Part shown: positions 17,311-28,043 of the stretch, one piece after another
Layout of the letters: each line of letters opens with the position of its first letter
Position numbering within the stretch: the stretch's first letter is position 1
DNA from: Lachnospiraceae bacterium KM106-2
GTDB taxonomy: Bacteria; Bacillota; Clostridia; Lachnospirales; Lachnospiraceae
DNA: 32,000 nt
Direction of reading: 5' to 3'
Assembly: GCA_009731425.1 (NCBI GenBank)
Contig: AP018794.1
Coordinates: 781,960 to 813,959 of the forward strand
Translations under genes and position numbers: made by a program
The notes under the pieces: generated by a model
Told to the model about the DNA's origin: nothing
Databases searched by the model: none
The model's input: the letters and a program-made list of their open reading frames with translations, nothing else

Positions 17311-18636
17311 ATGAACATTTTATTTGTATCCCTTGGATGTGACAAAAACCTTGTTGATAGTGAGGTAATGTTAGGTTTTATCCGTGAGAAAGGATATAAA
17401 ATTACGAATGATGAAGCAGAGGCAGACATCATTGTTGTAAATACATGCTGCTTTATCAATGATGCAAAGCAGGAGAGTATTGATACCATTTTAGAAATGG
17501 CTGAATATAAGAAAACTGGTAAATTGAAAGCTTTAGTTGTAACAGGCTGCCTTGCACAACGTTATAGTAAAGAAATTGCAGAAGAGATTCCAGAAGTTGA
17601 TGGAATTGTCGGAACGAGTTCTTATGAGACAATTACAGAAGTAATTGAACAAGCTTTAGAAGGTCATCATGTGGAAAAAATGGAAGATGTTGATTACCTT
17701 CCAAAGGATGAATCCGAACGTGTTATGACAACAGGCGGATATTATTCTTATTTAAAGATTGCTGAAGGGTGTGACAAGCACTGTACTTATTGTATTATCC
17801 CAAGTATTCGTGGTAAGTATAGAAGTCGTCAGATGGAAAGCTTGATCAAAGAAGCTACTTCTTTAGCAAAGAATGGTGTAAAAGAATTAATTCTTGTAGC
17901 ACAGGAAACAACACTCTATGGTGTTGATCTATATGGAGAGAAAAAACTCCCAGCTTTATTAAAAGAATTATGTAAAATCGATGGAATTGAATGGATTCGT
18001 TTATTATATTGCTATCCTGAAGAGATTACAGATGAATTAATTGAAGTAATGAAAGAAGAAGAAAAGGTTTGTCATTATTTAGATATGCCGATCCAACATG
18101 CGTCTGATCGTATTTTGAAACGTATGGGCAGAAGAACGGATCATGATGAATTAGTTGAAATCGTTACAAAATTAAAGAAAGAAATTCCGGATATCGCATT
18201 AAGAACAACCATAATTTCTGGATTCCCTGGTGAAACACAGGAAGATCACGAAGAAGTATTAGATTTTGTAGATGAAATGAATTTTGATCGTTTAGGTGTA
18301 TTTACTTATTCTCCAGAAGAAGGAACACCAGCTGCTAAGCTTCCAGAACAAATCGAAGAAGAAGTGAAGACACAGCGTCAAGGTGAGATCATGGCATTAC
18401 AACAAGAAATTTCATTAGAAAATTGCCGTAACATGATTGGGAAAGAGGTTAAAGTACTGATCGAAGGTAAAATTCCTGAAGATAATGTTTTTATCGGAAG
18501 AACTTACAAGGATGCTCCAAATGTTGATGGTTATTTCTTTGTGAAGTGTAATTACGAATTAATGTCAGGAGATTTCGTTACAGCAAAAGTTACAGAAGCA
18601 AAAGAATATGATTTAATCGGAGAGGTGATTGTATGA
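17311..18636 (+). CDS. rimO: ribosomal protein S12 methylthiotransferase (radical SAM MTTase with TRAM domain)
   Basis: MNILFVSLGCDKNLVDSE..., IVVNTCCF, radical-SAM CDKHCTYC, C-terminal TRAM domain. TAGGAG RBS before the ATG at 17311. The upstream part of the track ORF is translation of the repeat. Confidence 0.85.
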   Translation: MNILFVSLGCDKNLVDSEVMLGFIREKGYKITNDEAEADIIVVNTCCFINDAKQESIDTILEMAEYKKTGKLKALVVTGCLAQRYSKEIAEEIPEVDGIVGTSSYETITEVIEQALEGHHVEKMEDVDYLPKDESERVMTTGGYYSYLKIAEGCDKHCTYCIIPSIRGKYRSRQMESLIKEATSLAKNGVKELILVAQETTLYGVDLYGEKKLPALLKELCKIDGIEWIRLLYCYPEEITDELIEVMKEEEKVCHYLDMPIQHASDRILKRMGRRTDHDELVEIVTKLKKEIPDIALRTTIISGFPGETQEDHEEVLDFVDEMNFDRLGVFTYSPEEGTPAAKLPEQIEEEVKTQRQGEIMALQQEISLENCRNMIGKEVKVLIEGKIPEDNVFIGRTYKDAPNVDGYFFVKCNYELMSGDFVTAKVTEAKEYDLIGEVIV

Positions 18637-19181
18637 CCATGAATTTACCAAATAAAATTACATTAGCAAGAGTATTTATGATACCTTTCTTTGTAGTTTT
18701 TTTGTTACTGGATACTATTCCTTATCATAATTTTATCGCGTTAGTAATCTTTTCCGTTGCATGTATTACAGATGCAGTTGATGGACATATTGCGAGAAAG
18801 AATAATCTAGTAACTAATTTTGGAAAATTTATTGATCCACTTGCAGATAAGCTACTAGTATCATCCGCGCTTATCTGCTTCCTAGATTTAGGTTTAATAG
18901 ATTCATGGATTGTTATTGTCCTTATCAGCCGTGAGTTTATCATCAGTGGATTTCGATTGGTTGCATCGAATAATGGTGTTGTAATCGCTGCAAGTTATTG
19001 GGCGAAATTGAAAACAACATGCCAAATGATAATGTCAATACTATTGATCGTTAATTTTGATTACCCAATATTTAATGTACTAGAGATAATATTCATTTAT
19101 TTGTCTTTGATCTTAACCGTAGTTTCATTAGTAGAATATATCTGCAAGAACAAAGACGTTTTAAGTGAAGGAGGAAAATAA
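18633..19181 (+). CDS. pgsA: CDP-diacylglycerol--glycerol-3-phosphate 3-phosphatidyltransferase
   Basis: CDP-alcohol phosphatidyltransferase motif DAVDGHIARKNNLVTNFGKFIDPLADK. ATGA overlap with the rimO stop. Confidence 0.9.
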   Translation: MTMNLPNKITLARVFMIPFFVVFLLLDTIPYHNFIALVIFSVACITDAVDGHIARKNNLVTNFGKFIDPLADKLLVSSALICFLDLGLIDSWIVIVLISREFIISGFRLVASNNGVVIAASYWAKLKTTCQMIMSILLIVNFDYPIFNVLEIIFIYLSLILTVVSLVEYICKNKDVLSEGGK

Positions 19182-19184
19182 AAA

Positions 19185-20432
19185 ATGACTGTTGAATTAA
19201 TCAGTGTAGGAACAGAATTACTATTAGGTAATATCGTAAATACAAATGCTGCATATCTTTCAAGAAAGTTAGCCTCATTAGGACTTTCATCCTATTATCA
19301 AGTTACAGTTGGTGATAATGAAGAAAGAGTCATCGAAGCTGTTAATACGGCGATGTCAAGAGCTGATATCGTAATATTGACCGGAGGGTTAGGACCTACC
19401 GAAGATGATATGACCAAAGAAGCAGTAGCAAAGGCTCTTGGATTGAATTTGATTTCTGATGAACATTCCAGAGATTGTATCATGAAGTATTTTGAAAAGT
19501 TAGGTGTGACAGAGATCACGGAGAACAATTGGAAACAAGCGGTTGTAGTAGAAGGAAGTCAAGTAATTGATAACTTAAACGGACTTGCACCAGGAATGAT
19601 CATTACACGAGGTGAAAAGAAGGTAATTCTTCTTCCTGGACCACCAAATGAAATGATACCAATGTTTGAAGATGATATTATGGATTACCTTACAGGACTT
19701 CAACCTAATATTATTTATTCTACAATGGTTAAGATCGCAGGCATTGGGGAGAGTAAAGTTGAGACGATCATTCGTGATCTTGTAGATCAACAAAGCAATC
19801 CTACCATCGCAACTTATGCAAAAACAGGAGAAGTCCATATTCGTGTGACAGCTTCTGCGCCAACTAAGGCAGAGGCCAAAGGTCTTGTTAAGCCAGTTGT
19901 AAAAGAGATTAAACATCGTTTTAAAGAAAATGTGTTTACGACAAATGAGAAAGAAACATTAGAAGACGTAGTTGTTAAGTTGTTAAATAAATATGACTTA
20001 ACAATCACAACAGCAGAAAGTTGTACGGCTGGTCTGTTGACTGGAAGACTGGTAAATGTATCTGGTGTTTCTGATGTCTTAAAAGAAGGTTTTATTACTT
20101 ATTCGAATAAGGCAAAACGAAAATATTTGGATGTAAATAAGAGTACATTAAAGAAATATACGGCAGTAAGTGAACAGGTTGCCAAGGAAATGGCGAAAGG
20201 TGCTGCACTTGGTACCAATGCAGATGTTTCAGTAGCAATTACGGGACTTGCTGGTCCAAATGGCGGAAGTGAAGAGAAACCGGTTGGACTTGTATACATT
20301 GGTTGTTATGTGAATGAACATGTAACAGTTAAGAAATACAATTTTGCTGGCGACCGTCAAAAGGTCAGAGAGTATGCAGTAATTAGTGCTCTTGATTTAC
20401 TTAGACGATGCATCATAGAAAATTACAAATAG
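19185..20432 (+). CDS. cinA: competence/damage-inducible protein CinA (MoCF-binding domain plus nicotinamide-nucleotide amidase domain)
   Basis: MTVELISVGTELLLGNIVNTNAAYLS..., TGGLGPTEDD, C-terminal TAESCTAGL...GLAGP PncC-type domain. Confidence 0.9.
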   Translation: MTVELISVGTELLLGNIVNTNAAYLSRKLASLGLSSYYQVTVGDNEERVIEAVNTAMSRADIVILTGGLGPTEDDMTKEAVAKALGLNLISDEHSRDCIMKYFEKLGVTEITENNWKQAVVVEGSQVIDNLNGLAPGMIITRGEKKVILLPGPPNEMIPMFEDDIMDYLTGLQPNIIYSTMVKIAGIGESKVETIIRDLVDQQSNPTIATYAKTGEVHIRVTASAPTKAEAKGLVKPVVKEIKHRFKENVFTTNEKETLEDVVVKLLNKYDLTITTAESCTAGLLTGRLVNVSGVSDVLKEGFITYSNKAKRKYLDVNKSTLKKYTAVSEQVAKEMAKGAALGTNADVSVAITGLAGPNGGSEEKPVGLVYIGCYVNEHVTVKKYNFAGDRQKVREYAVISALDLLRRCIIENYK

Positions 20433-20457
20433 TTGAAAAAATGGAAGCTTATTGTAC

Positions 20458-20500
20458 GAATAGTGCACTAAACTTCTTTTTTTGTGCCTAGAAATCATAC
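20458..20500 (+). terminator. probable Rho-independent terminator after cinA
   Basis: GAAGCTTATTGTAC ... GTGCACTAAACTTC imperfect hairpin followed by T7. Confidence 0.5.
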
Positions 20501-20605
20501 AGAATATACAAATAGGCGAATTGTGTACACAAAACGTTGAAAACGGGACAAAATGATTATATAATTGACTATGATATACTACAAAGGAAGAAAAAGGGGA
20601 CTATA

Positions 20606-21196
20606 ATGAAAAAACAAAAGGTTGTAAAGCAAATTTGTTGTTTATTTCTAACAGCAATGCTCTTGACTGGATGTAAGGGCAAGGATAATACAACAAAAGA
20701 CACTAAAGAAACAAAGATATCTCATATTACAATTGACGGAGATGTTTATTATTATCAAGAAGATGACGAAGAAGTTCAAAAAATTTATGAGTTTGTTAAT
20801 GAATTTATAAAACGTCAGGTTAACAGAGATTATACCAACGATAATCCTGAACTAGCGTTTGATCTTTACATTGATGAAATCAAAAATCAGTATAAAGAAG
20901 CTGGAAATTATGATCTATTAAAATCGAATATTAAAAAGTATGAAATGCAAATAGAATTACAAAATCCTAATATTTCAAAAGTTGATATTTATACGTTGCA
21001 CGGTAAAGATGCAGCAAACATAACTATTGATTACCAATCTGTTATTAAACATGGAACACAAGAGTATTTAGATATGTATGGAGATAAAATTAATGATGCA
21101 TATCAATTTAATATGTCTCTTACGATCCAAAAGGAAGATAACGAGTGGAAAGTTTACGAAGCTAGTGTAAATTCAAAAGAGAAAATTTCGAAATAA
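20606..21196 (+). CDS. hypothetical lipoprotein
   Basis: MKKQKVVKQICCLFLTAMLLTGC lipobox. AAAGGGGA RBS before the ATG at 20606. The TTG at 20537 in the track is unlikely. Confidence 0.65.
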   Translation: MKKQKVVKQICCLFLTAMLLTGCKGKDNTTKDTKETKISHITIDGDVYYYQEDDEEVQKIYEFVNEFIKRQVNRDYTNDNPELAFDLYIDEIKNQYKEAGNYDLLKSNIKKYEMQIELQNPNISKVDIYTLHGKDAANITIDYQSVIKHGTQEYLDMYGDKINDAYQFNMSLTIQKEDNEWKVYEASVNSKEKISK

Positions 21197-21218
21197 TTGA
21201 AATAATAGGAGAGTACAA

Positions 21219-23201
21219 ATGAAAGTATCATTGAAGTTAAAGCTAACAGTGCTTATTATTGCTGCAGTCAGTGTTGTAGCAATTGCTGTTAGTGTTTTGT
21301 CATATAGAAAAACTAATGAAATTATACAAAATAAAGAAGAAGAACTAGTTTACGGAAAGATCGATCTAGTAAATGTGCAATTAGATGCATTAGTTACGAA
21401 GTCAGAAGAATTAGCTGATATTATTATTCAATCTAATAAGTTAAAAAGCAAAATGACTGCAAAGGAAGAAGAAGGATTATATGAATACTTCCAGACATTT
21501 GCAGATACTTATCCAGAGGTCGTTAACTTAATTTTTAGCCGCGAGGATAAAGTGTTTTTGTATCCAAGAAATCCAGATGTTGAAAATCAGGTCCCTGGTG
21601 AAGCAGAATGGTATTTGGAACGATTAGATGAAACGACAGAATCAAGTTGGAAGCCGCCTTATATTGATGCGGCATCTGGAACATGGATCATGACTTATTA
21701 TAAACGTGTTGTAGAAAACGATAAGATTGTAGGTTTTGTTGAAATCGATATCTCATTAGGACATATCGAAGAATTAGTTAAGACAATCGATTTAGGTAAA
21801 GGAAGTAATGTATTCATTACTGATCATGAAGCAGTTATCAACTTAGCATCAGTAGGAAATCTGATCAACAAAGATATCCCGGATGAAAAGTTGCGAGCAG
21901 CAGTTGAGAAGAATGATAAAGGCTCACTTATTTATAAAAGTACGAAAGAAGATAAGTTTGCAGTTTATAAGACAATTGAAGGAAAGATCAACTGGAAAGT
22001 AGTCGGTGTTATTCCTAAAGCAAATATTGTTAAAGATAGCAATGACTTATTAATATACATTATGATCAGTTGTATCGGAATTGCAATTGCAAGTGCCTTC
22101 GTAGTTGTACTAGTTGTGAGTCGTATTGTTAAGAATATCAAATCACTTGGGGAAAAATTAAATGCTCTTGGTGAAGGCGACTTAACTGCAACAGCAGAAA
22201 TTAAAACAACGGATGAAGTTGGACAAATGGGTACGGTATTTAATACGGCTGTAGAACATATCCGTGGATTGATTCAGACATCCCAAACGACCATCAATAA
22301 TTATTTAGAAGAATGTAATCATATTTTGGAGGTTTCAGGCGAGAGCACAGAAACAACCAACCATATTGCAGAATCAATTCAAAATATTGCGGATGATTCT
22401 TATGAACAAGCAGAAGAAACAAAGACAATTGTAAAACATTTCGAAGAGTTATCGAATGCAATGGATACGATCACATCTTCCATTGATCATGTTAACGATA
22501 CGGTTAATAAGACACAAGAAACAAATCAAAAGGGTATTGAAGTAATTGGTCAATTGTTAAAAGCGACCGATATGACTAATGATTCTACAGATGTGGTAAG
22601 AAAAACGATCGAACAGATTAATCAGACATCTTATGAAATTGATGCCATTGTTGGTGCGATCAACGATATTGCATCTCAAACTAACTTACTTGCATTAAAT
22701 GCTAGTATCGAAGCAGCAAGAGCGGGTGAGAATGGAAAAGGTTTTGCAGTTGTAGCGGAAGAGGTAAGAGTTCTTGCAGAGTCTTCAGCAAACTCAGCAG
22801 GTGAGATCAGAACATTGATCGAACGTGTAAAATCACAAGCAAATGAAGCTGTTGTAGAAATGGAAACAGTTAAAAATAATACTCATTTACAATCAGAAGC
22901 AGTTAAGAATACAAGAGTATCTTTCGACACTCTTCATGATGCTGTATCTGAATTAAATAATGAAGTAAATAGTATCGGAGAATTAAATCAAGATATGATC
23001 GAAGTACGTCATGTGGTAGAACATATCATTGACAACTTTGCAGAAAAAGCAAAGAATAATTCTGATGCGACACAAACAATCTCAGCGATGACAGAAGAGC
23101 AGCTTGCTACTTTGATCAGTGTAGATGAAAGTATCCAGACATTAGCAAATTCAGCAGCTGATCTAGAAAAAGAAATTAATAAATTTAAGACACAAGAATA
23201 A
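21219..23201 (+). CDS. methyl-accepting chemotaxis protein (Cache-type sensor, HAMP, MA domain)
   Basis: N-terminal TM helix, periplasmic sensor, second TM helix, HAMP ([18 protein letters not shown]). Highly conserved signalling hairpin [34 protein letters not shown]. Confidence 0.9.
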   Translation: MKVSLKLKLTVLIIAAVSVVAIAVSVLSYRKTNEIIQNKEEELVYGKIDLVNVQLDALVTKSEELADIIIQSNKLKSKMTAKEEEGLYEYFQTFADTYPEVVNLIFSREDKVFLYPRNPDVENQVPGEAEWYLERLDETTESSWKPPYIDAASGTWIMTYYKRVVENDKIVGFVEIDISLGHIEELVKTIDLGKGSNVFITDHEAVINLASVGNLINKDIPDEKLRAAVEKNDKGSLIYKSTKEDKFAVYKTIEGKINWKVVGVIPKANIVKDSNDLLIYIMISCIGIAIASAFVVVLVVSRIVKNIKSLGEKLNALGEGDLTATAEIKTTDEVGQMGTVFNTAVEHIRGLIQTSQTTINNYLEECNHILEVSGESTETTNHIAESIQNIADDSYEQAEETKTIVKHFEELSNAMDTITSSIDHVNDTVNKTQETNQKGIEVIGQLLKATDMTNDSTDVVRKTIEQINQTSYEIDAIVGAINDIASQTNLLALNASIEAARAGENGKGFAVVAEEVRVLAESSANSAGEIRTLIERVKSQANEAVVEMETVKNNTHLQSEAVKNTRVSFDTLHDAVSELNNEVNSIGELNQDMIEVRHVVEHIIDNFAEKAKNNSDATQTISAMTEEQLATLISVDESIQTLANSAADLEKEINKFKTQE

Positions 23202-23211
23202 TGATTCGATA

Positions 23212-23246
23212 AAGAGAAACACGGTAATCGTGTTTCTCTTTTTTTG
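23212..23246 (+). terminator. Rho-independent terminator after the MCP gene
   Basis: AAGAGAAACACG (23212-23223) pairs with CGTGTTTCTCTT (23229-23240), then a T-run. Confidence 0.85.
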
Positions 23247-23363
23247 TGCCTTGAAAAGGTGCGAATATTGGAAATTTGACAAAAATACTTTAAAATTATA
23301 CCTTTTTGTTATATACTATCAAAAGGATATATTTTAGAAAGTAAATTGAAAGGTTAACGATAT

Positions 23364-24596
23364 ATGAGTCATGTAATAGTAGTTGGCGGTGGCGCAGCAG
23401 GTATGCTTGCATCCATTATGGCAGCTCGAAACGGAAACAAAGTTACCTTATTTGAGAAAAATGAGAAGCTTGGTAAGAAATTATATATAACAGGAAAAGG
23501 AAGATGCAATATCACCAATGCATCCGATATGGACGTTTTATTTGACAATGTCATGAGCAATAAGAAATTCCTTTATAGCTGTTTTTATACGTTTACCAAT
23601 ACAGATATGATCGATCTTCTTGAAAGTCTTGGTCTGAAGACAAAGGTGGAAAGAGGGAATAGAGTATTTCCTCAATCGGATAAATCAAATGATGTGATTC
23701 AGACGCTTCATAAGGAGATGTTACGTCTTGGTGTGGCGATTCATTTTAATAGTACGGTGAAAGAATTGGTGACAAAAGAAGGAGCATTCGCAGGTGTTCG
23801 TTTACAGCACGATAAAAAGGTCATTGCAGGTGATTCAGTTATTATTGCAACAGGTGGTCTTTCTTATCCAGTAACCGGATCTACTGGTGATGGTTTTGAA
23901 TTTGCAAAAGATATGGGACATACGATCAAACCATGTTCTCCATCTTTAGTTCCATTCAATATAAAGGAAAGTTATTATAGAGAGTTACAAGGACTATCTT
24001 TACGTAATGTGTCCATTGAGGTAAAAGATGGGAAAAAGAAAATCTATGATAACTTCGGTGAGATGTTGTTTACCCACTTTGGTGTAAGTGGTCCATTGAT
24101 CTTAAGCGCAAGTTCTTATGTGGCGAAGTACAAAAAACAAACGGATCTTAGCTTGATCATTGATCTTAAGCCAGCGTTATCCTTTGATCAATTAGACCAA
24201 AGAATTCTTAGAGATTTCACAGAGTTTTGCAATAAGCAATTTAAAAATTCATTAGATCAATTGTTACCGAAAAAATTGATCCCGATTATCATAATGCTGA
24301 GCGAAATTGATGAAAATAAGAAGGTAAACTTAATCACAAAAGAAGAAAGACACAAATTAGTTAAGGCGATCAAAGAATTCACATTTACCATTAATGGCCT
24401 TCGCAGTTATAACGAAGCAATTATTACAAAAGGCGGGGTAGCGGTAAATGAGATTAATCCATCTACGATGGAAAGTAAATTGATCTCAAATGTTTACTTT
24501 GCAGGTGAAGTGTTAGATCTTGATGCCTTAACCGGTGGATTTAATCTACAGATTGCCTGGTCAACAGCATATGCAGCAGGCAGTGCAATATACTAA
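23364..24596 (+). CDS. NAD(P)/FAD-dependent oxidoreductase, HI0933/BaiN-like flavoprotein
   Basis: VIVVGGGAAGMLASI dinucleotide fold, ...IATGGLSYP..., C-terminal GEVLDLDALTGGFNLQ typical of this family. Confidence 0.8.
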   Translation: MSHVIVVGGGAAGMLASIMAARNGNKVTLFEKNEKLGKKLYITGKGRCNITNASDMDVLFDNVMSNKKFLYSCFYTFTNTDMIDLLESLGLKTKVERGNRVFPQSDKSNDVIQTLHKEMLRLGVAIHFNSTVKELVTKEGAFAGVRLQHDKKVIAGDSVIIATGGLSYPVTGSTGDGFEFAKDMGHTIKPCSPSLVPFNIKESYYRELQGLSLRNVSIEVKDGKKKIYDNFGEMLFTHFGVSGPLILSASSYVAKYKKQTDLSLIIDLKPALSFDQLDQRILRDFTEFCNKQFKNSLDQLLPKKLIPIIIMLSEIDENKKVNLITKEERHKLVKAIKEFTFTINGLRSYNEAIITKGGVAVNEINPSTMESKLISNVYFAGEVLDLDALTGGFNLQIAWSTAYAAGSAIY

Positions 24597-24618
24597 ATTA
24601 TTAAAAGAGGTAGAAAAC

Positions 24619-25284
24619 ATGGCATACAGTATTGCAATTGACGGACCAGCAGGAGCTGGAAAAAGTACGATCGCAAAAAAGGTTGCGAAGAAAATAGGAT
24701 TTATTTATGTCGATACAGGTGCGATGTATCGTGCTATGGCATTATATTTTATTCACAATCAGATTACAGGAGAATCGGAAGAGCAGATCAGTGAGGCGTG
24801 TAAACATGCCGATATTACGATCACATATGTGAACGGAGAACAACAAGTACTGCTCAACGGTGAAAATGTAACGAAATATCTTAGAACCGAAGAAGTTGGT
24901 AAAATGGCCAGCATCGGAGCTAAAAATAAGGATGTCAGAGTTAAGCTTGTAGAATTACAAAGAAAATTAGCTGAAAAAGAAGATGTGATCATGGATGGAA
25001 GAGATGTTGGAACTCAGATCCTTCCAAACGCAAATGTGAAGATTTATCTTACAGCAAGCTCAAAAGTCAGAGCAAAAAGAAGATGGCTTGAATTAAATGA
25101 TAAAGGTATCGAATGCGATATCGATGAAATTGAAAAAGATATTATTGCAAGAGACGAACAAGATATGAATCGTGAGATTTCACCTCTTCGTCAAGCAGAA
25201 GATGCATTACTTGTTGATTGCTCTGATATGTCGATTGACGAAGTTGTCGACAAAATTATCGAAGTTTATAACGATCATAGATAG
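24619..25284 (+). CDS. cmk: (d)CMP kinase
   Basis: MAYSIAIDGPAGAGKST P-loop, YVDTGAMYRA, DGRDVGT. AAAGAGG RBS before 24619. The conserved cmk-rpsA neighbourhood is present. Confidence 0.9.
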   Translation: MAYSIAIDGPAGAGKSTIAKKVAKKIGFIYVDTGAMYRAMALYFIHNQITGESEEQISEACKHADITITYVNGEQQVLLNGENVTKYLRTEEVGKMASIGAKNKDVRVKLVELQRKLAEKEDVIMDGRDVGTQILPNANVKIYLTASSKVRAKRRWLELNDKGIECDIDEIEKDIIARDEQDMNREISPLRQAEDALLVDCSDMSIDEVVDKIIEVYNDHR

Positions 25285-25302
25285 AAAACGAGGATTTAAA
25301 AG

Positions 25303-27213
25303 TTGGAAATCAAAATAGCAAAAAGTGCAGGATTTTGTTTCGGTGTAAAACGTGCCGTTGATATGGTTTATGAAGCAGCAAAAGAAAAGGATCATGTATC
25401 CACTTATGGAGAAATTATTCATAATGAATCCGTAGTAAATGATCTAAAAGACAAAGGTGTAGCATTAGTTAAAACACTTGAAGAATTAAAACAAGGTGAT
25501 GAGGGTACAATAATAGTACGTTCTCATGGTATTCCGAAACAGGAATATGAAGAAATTCAAAATAAAGGTTATGACATAATTGATGCAACTTGTCCTTTTG
25601 TGAAAAAAATTCATAAAATTGTTAAAGAACAAAGCGAATTAGGCCGAGATATAATTATTATAGGTAATGACGCACATCCGGAAGTAGAAGGAATAAAAGG
25701 ATGGTGTGACAATAAAGCAACTGTAATTGAAACTGTCGAAGAAGCGGAAAAATATGTTAACGAATCTAATAAAAAGATTTGTATCGTTGCTCAAACGACA
25801 TTTAATTACAAGAAATTTCAAGATTTAGTTGAAATTATTTCAAAAAAGGGTTATGATATACTTGCTTTAAATACAATTTGTAACGCTACCGAGGAACGTC
25901 AGGGCGAAGCAAGGGAACTTGCTAAACAATCTGACGCTATGATAATAATAGGTGGAAAACATAGTTCTAACACACAAAAGCTCTATGAAATCAGTAAACA
26001 AGAATGTGCAAATACATTTTATATACAGACACTTAGTGACCTAGATTTAGAGCAACTTAAATCTTTTCGTAGCGTAGGTATTACTGCAGGGGCTTCAACC
26101 CCAAATAATATTATCAAGGAGGTTCATACTAGCATGTCAGATATGAGTTTTGAACAATTATTGGAGGAGTCATTAGTTACAATACACAACGGAGAGGTAG
26201 TCGAAGGCACTGTAATCAGTGTTAAGGAAGACGAAATTGTCTTAAATATAGGTTATAAAGCTGATGGTATCATTACTAGAAGCGAATATACAAATACACC
26301 TAATGTAGACTTAACAACTGTTGTTAAAGTTGGTGACACAATGCAAGCTAAAGTTCTTAAAGTAAACGATGGAGAAGGTCAAGTTCTTCTTACTTATAAG
26401 AGATTAGCAGCAGAAAAAGGTAATAAGAGATTAGAAGAAGCATTTGAAAATAAAGAAGTTTTAAAAGCAACTGTTGCTACAGTTTTAAACGGTGGTTTAA
26501 GCGTAGTGATCGACGAAGCAAGAATCTTCATTCCTGCTAGCTTAGTATCTGATTCTTATGAAAAAGATTTAAGCAAATATGCTGGACAAGAAATCGAATT
26601 CGTAATCAGTGAATTCAATCCTAAGAGAAGAAGAATCATCGGTGATCGTAAACAACTTTTAGTTGCTAAAAAACAAGAATTACAAAAAGAATTATTTGCT
26701 AAGATCAGCGCAGGTATGACAGTAGAAGGAACAGTTAAAAACGTAACTGATTTCGGTGCATTCATCGACTTAGGTGGAGCAGACGGTTTACTTCATATCT
26801 CTGAAATGTCTTGGGGAAGAGTTGAAGATCCTAAGAAATTATTCAAAGTTGGAGATAAAGTTAAAGTTCTTATCAAAGATATCTCTGGCAACAAGATCGC
26901 TCTTAGCTTAAAATTTGATGATACTAACCCATGGTTAAACGCATCTGAAAAATATGCAGTAGGTAACGAAGTAACTGGTAAAGTTGCTCGTATGACTGAC
27001 TTCGGTGCTTTCGTAGAATTAGAAGCTGGTGTAGATGCATTATTACATGTTTCTCAAATTTCTAAAGAACATGTTGAAAAACCATCTGATGCTTTAAAGA
27101 TCGGACAAGAAGTAACAGCTAAAGTTGTTGATTTCAACGCTGACGAAAAGAAAATCAGCTTAAGCATCAAAGCTCTTCTTCAAGAAGATGCTGAAGAAGC
27201 AACTGAAGAGTAA
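25303..27213 (+). CDS. ispH: bifunctional 4-hydroxy-3-methylbut-2-enyl diphosphate reductase (IspH) / 30S ribosomal protein S1 fusion
   Basis: N-terminal IspH (AKSAGFCFGVKRAV, ATCPFV, NTICNAT, GGKHSSNT), followed by four S1 repeats (e.g. GTVKNVTDFGAFIDL, GKVARMTDFGAFVEL). TTG start with an RBS. Confidence 0.85.
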   Translation: MEIKIAKSAGFCFGVKRAVDMVYEAAKEKDHVSTYGEIIHNESVVNDLKDKGVALVKTLEELKQGDEGTIIVRSHGIPKQEYEEIQNKGYDIIDATCPFVKKIHKIVKEQSELGRDIIIIGNDAHPEVEGIKGWCDNKATVIETVEEAEKYVNESNKKICIVAQTTFNYKKFQDLVEIISKKGYDILALNTICNATEERQGEARELAKQSDAMIIIGGKHSSNTQKLYEISKQECANTFYIQTLSDLDLEQLKSFRSVGITAGASTPNNIIKEVHTSMSDMSFEQLLEESLVTIHNGEVVEGTVISVKEDEIVLNIGYKADGIITRSEYTNTPNVDLTTVVKVGDTMQAKVLKVNDGEGQVLLTYKRLAAEKGNKRLEEAFENKEVLKATVATVLNGGLSVVIDEARIFIPASLVSDSYEKDLSKYAGQEIEFVISEFNPKRRRIIGDRKQLLVAKKQELQKELFAKISAGMTVEGTVKNVTDFGAFIDLGGADGLLHISEMSWGRVEDPKKLFKVGDKVKVLIKDISGNKIALSLKFDDTNPWLNASEKYAVGNEVTGKVARMTDFGAFVELEAGVDALLHVSQISKEHVEKPSDALKIGQEVTAKVVDFNADEKKISLSIKALLQEDAEEATEE

Positions 27214-27260
27214 TTAAAGTTACAACTTACAAAAGGATGAAGCAAAGGGGTATATAGGAC

Positions 27261-28040
27261 TTGTTTGAAGGATACGAAAAATTTAAGCTAGATGTAAAGA
27301 AAATCACTGATATTGATTTGAATGCATACAAAGAACGCCAGATGAAAAGAAGGATCGATGCGCTCATTACAAAAAATCACTATTCATCTTATGATGAGTA
27401 TGTGAATGAGCTCAAACGAAATTCCGCTTTATTAGAAGAATTTGTAAACTATCTGACAATAAATGTGTCTGAGTTTTACCGTAATCCTGAGCAGTGGAAG
27501 ATATTAGAACAAGAAGTGCTTCCAATGCTTATGGAACAATCTTCTGGTAGCCTAAAGATTTGGTCAGCTGCCTGTTCTACAGGAGATGAACCATATTCGC
27601 TGGTTATGCTTTTGTCGAAGTTCATGCCGCTTAGTAAGATTAAAATCATTGCTACAGATATTGATAAGCAGGTTCTTCAAAAAGCAAAAAGTGGTCTGTA
27701 CTATGAGAAATTTGTGAAAGGTCTTCCAAAAGAATTTGCGGATAAGTATTTCACAAAGGTTGGAACGAATACAGTTCAGATCGCAGATGAGATTAAAGCT
27801 TGTGTAGAATTCAAACAACATGACATGCTAAAAGATGCATATCCTACGAATTGCGACTTGATTATTTGCAGAAATGTTATGATATATTTTACAGAAGAAG
27901 CAAAAAATGAGATATATAAGAAATTTCATAATGCATTAAAGCCAAAAGGTGTATTATTTGTAGGCAGCACAGAACAAATGATTCAGTCGAAAGAATTTGG
28001 TTATGATACATTAAAGTCATTTTTTTATCAGAAAAAGTAA
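27261..28040 (+). CDS. cheR: protein-glutamate O-methyltransferase CheR
   Basis: SEFYRNPEQW, IWSAACSTGDEPYS (SAM motif), CRNVMIYF. TTG start after an AAAGGGG RBS. Confidence 0.85.
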   Translation: MFEGYEKFKLDVKKITDIDLNAYKERQMKRRIDALITKNHYSSYDEYVNELKRNSALLEEFVNYLTINVSEFYRNPEQWKILEQEVLPMLMEQSSGSLKIWSAACSTGDEPYSLVMLLSKFMPLSKIKIIATDIDKQVLQKAKSGLYYEKFVKGLPKEFADKYFTKVGTNTVQIADEIKACVEFKQHDMLKDAYPTNCDLIICRNVMIYFTEEAKNEIYKKFHNALKPKGVLFVGSTEQMIQSKEFGYDTLKSFFYQKK

Positions 28041-28043
28041 TAT

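Noticed and set aside
19185-20605. cinA is not followed by recA, unlike the pgsA-cinA-recA arrangement of many Firmicutes
   Set aside because: A terminator follows cinA and recA may simply be elsewhere. Gene-order variation of this kind is common, and nothing in the spacer suggests a deletion scar or mobile element.
25303-27213. IspH fused to ribosomal protein S1 looks like a chimeric or misassembled gene
   Set aside because: To my knowledge this ispH-rpsA fusion downstream of cmk is a common, already annotated arrangement in Clostridia. The reading frame is continuous with a short linker, so it is not novel.
21219-28040. MCP and cheR as part of a chemotaxis island
   Set aside because: The two genes are separated by four unrelated housekeeping genes, and no cheA/W/Y/B is in the window. 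Scattered MCP and cheR genes are normal in motile Clostridia.
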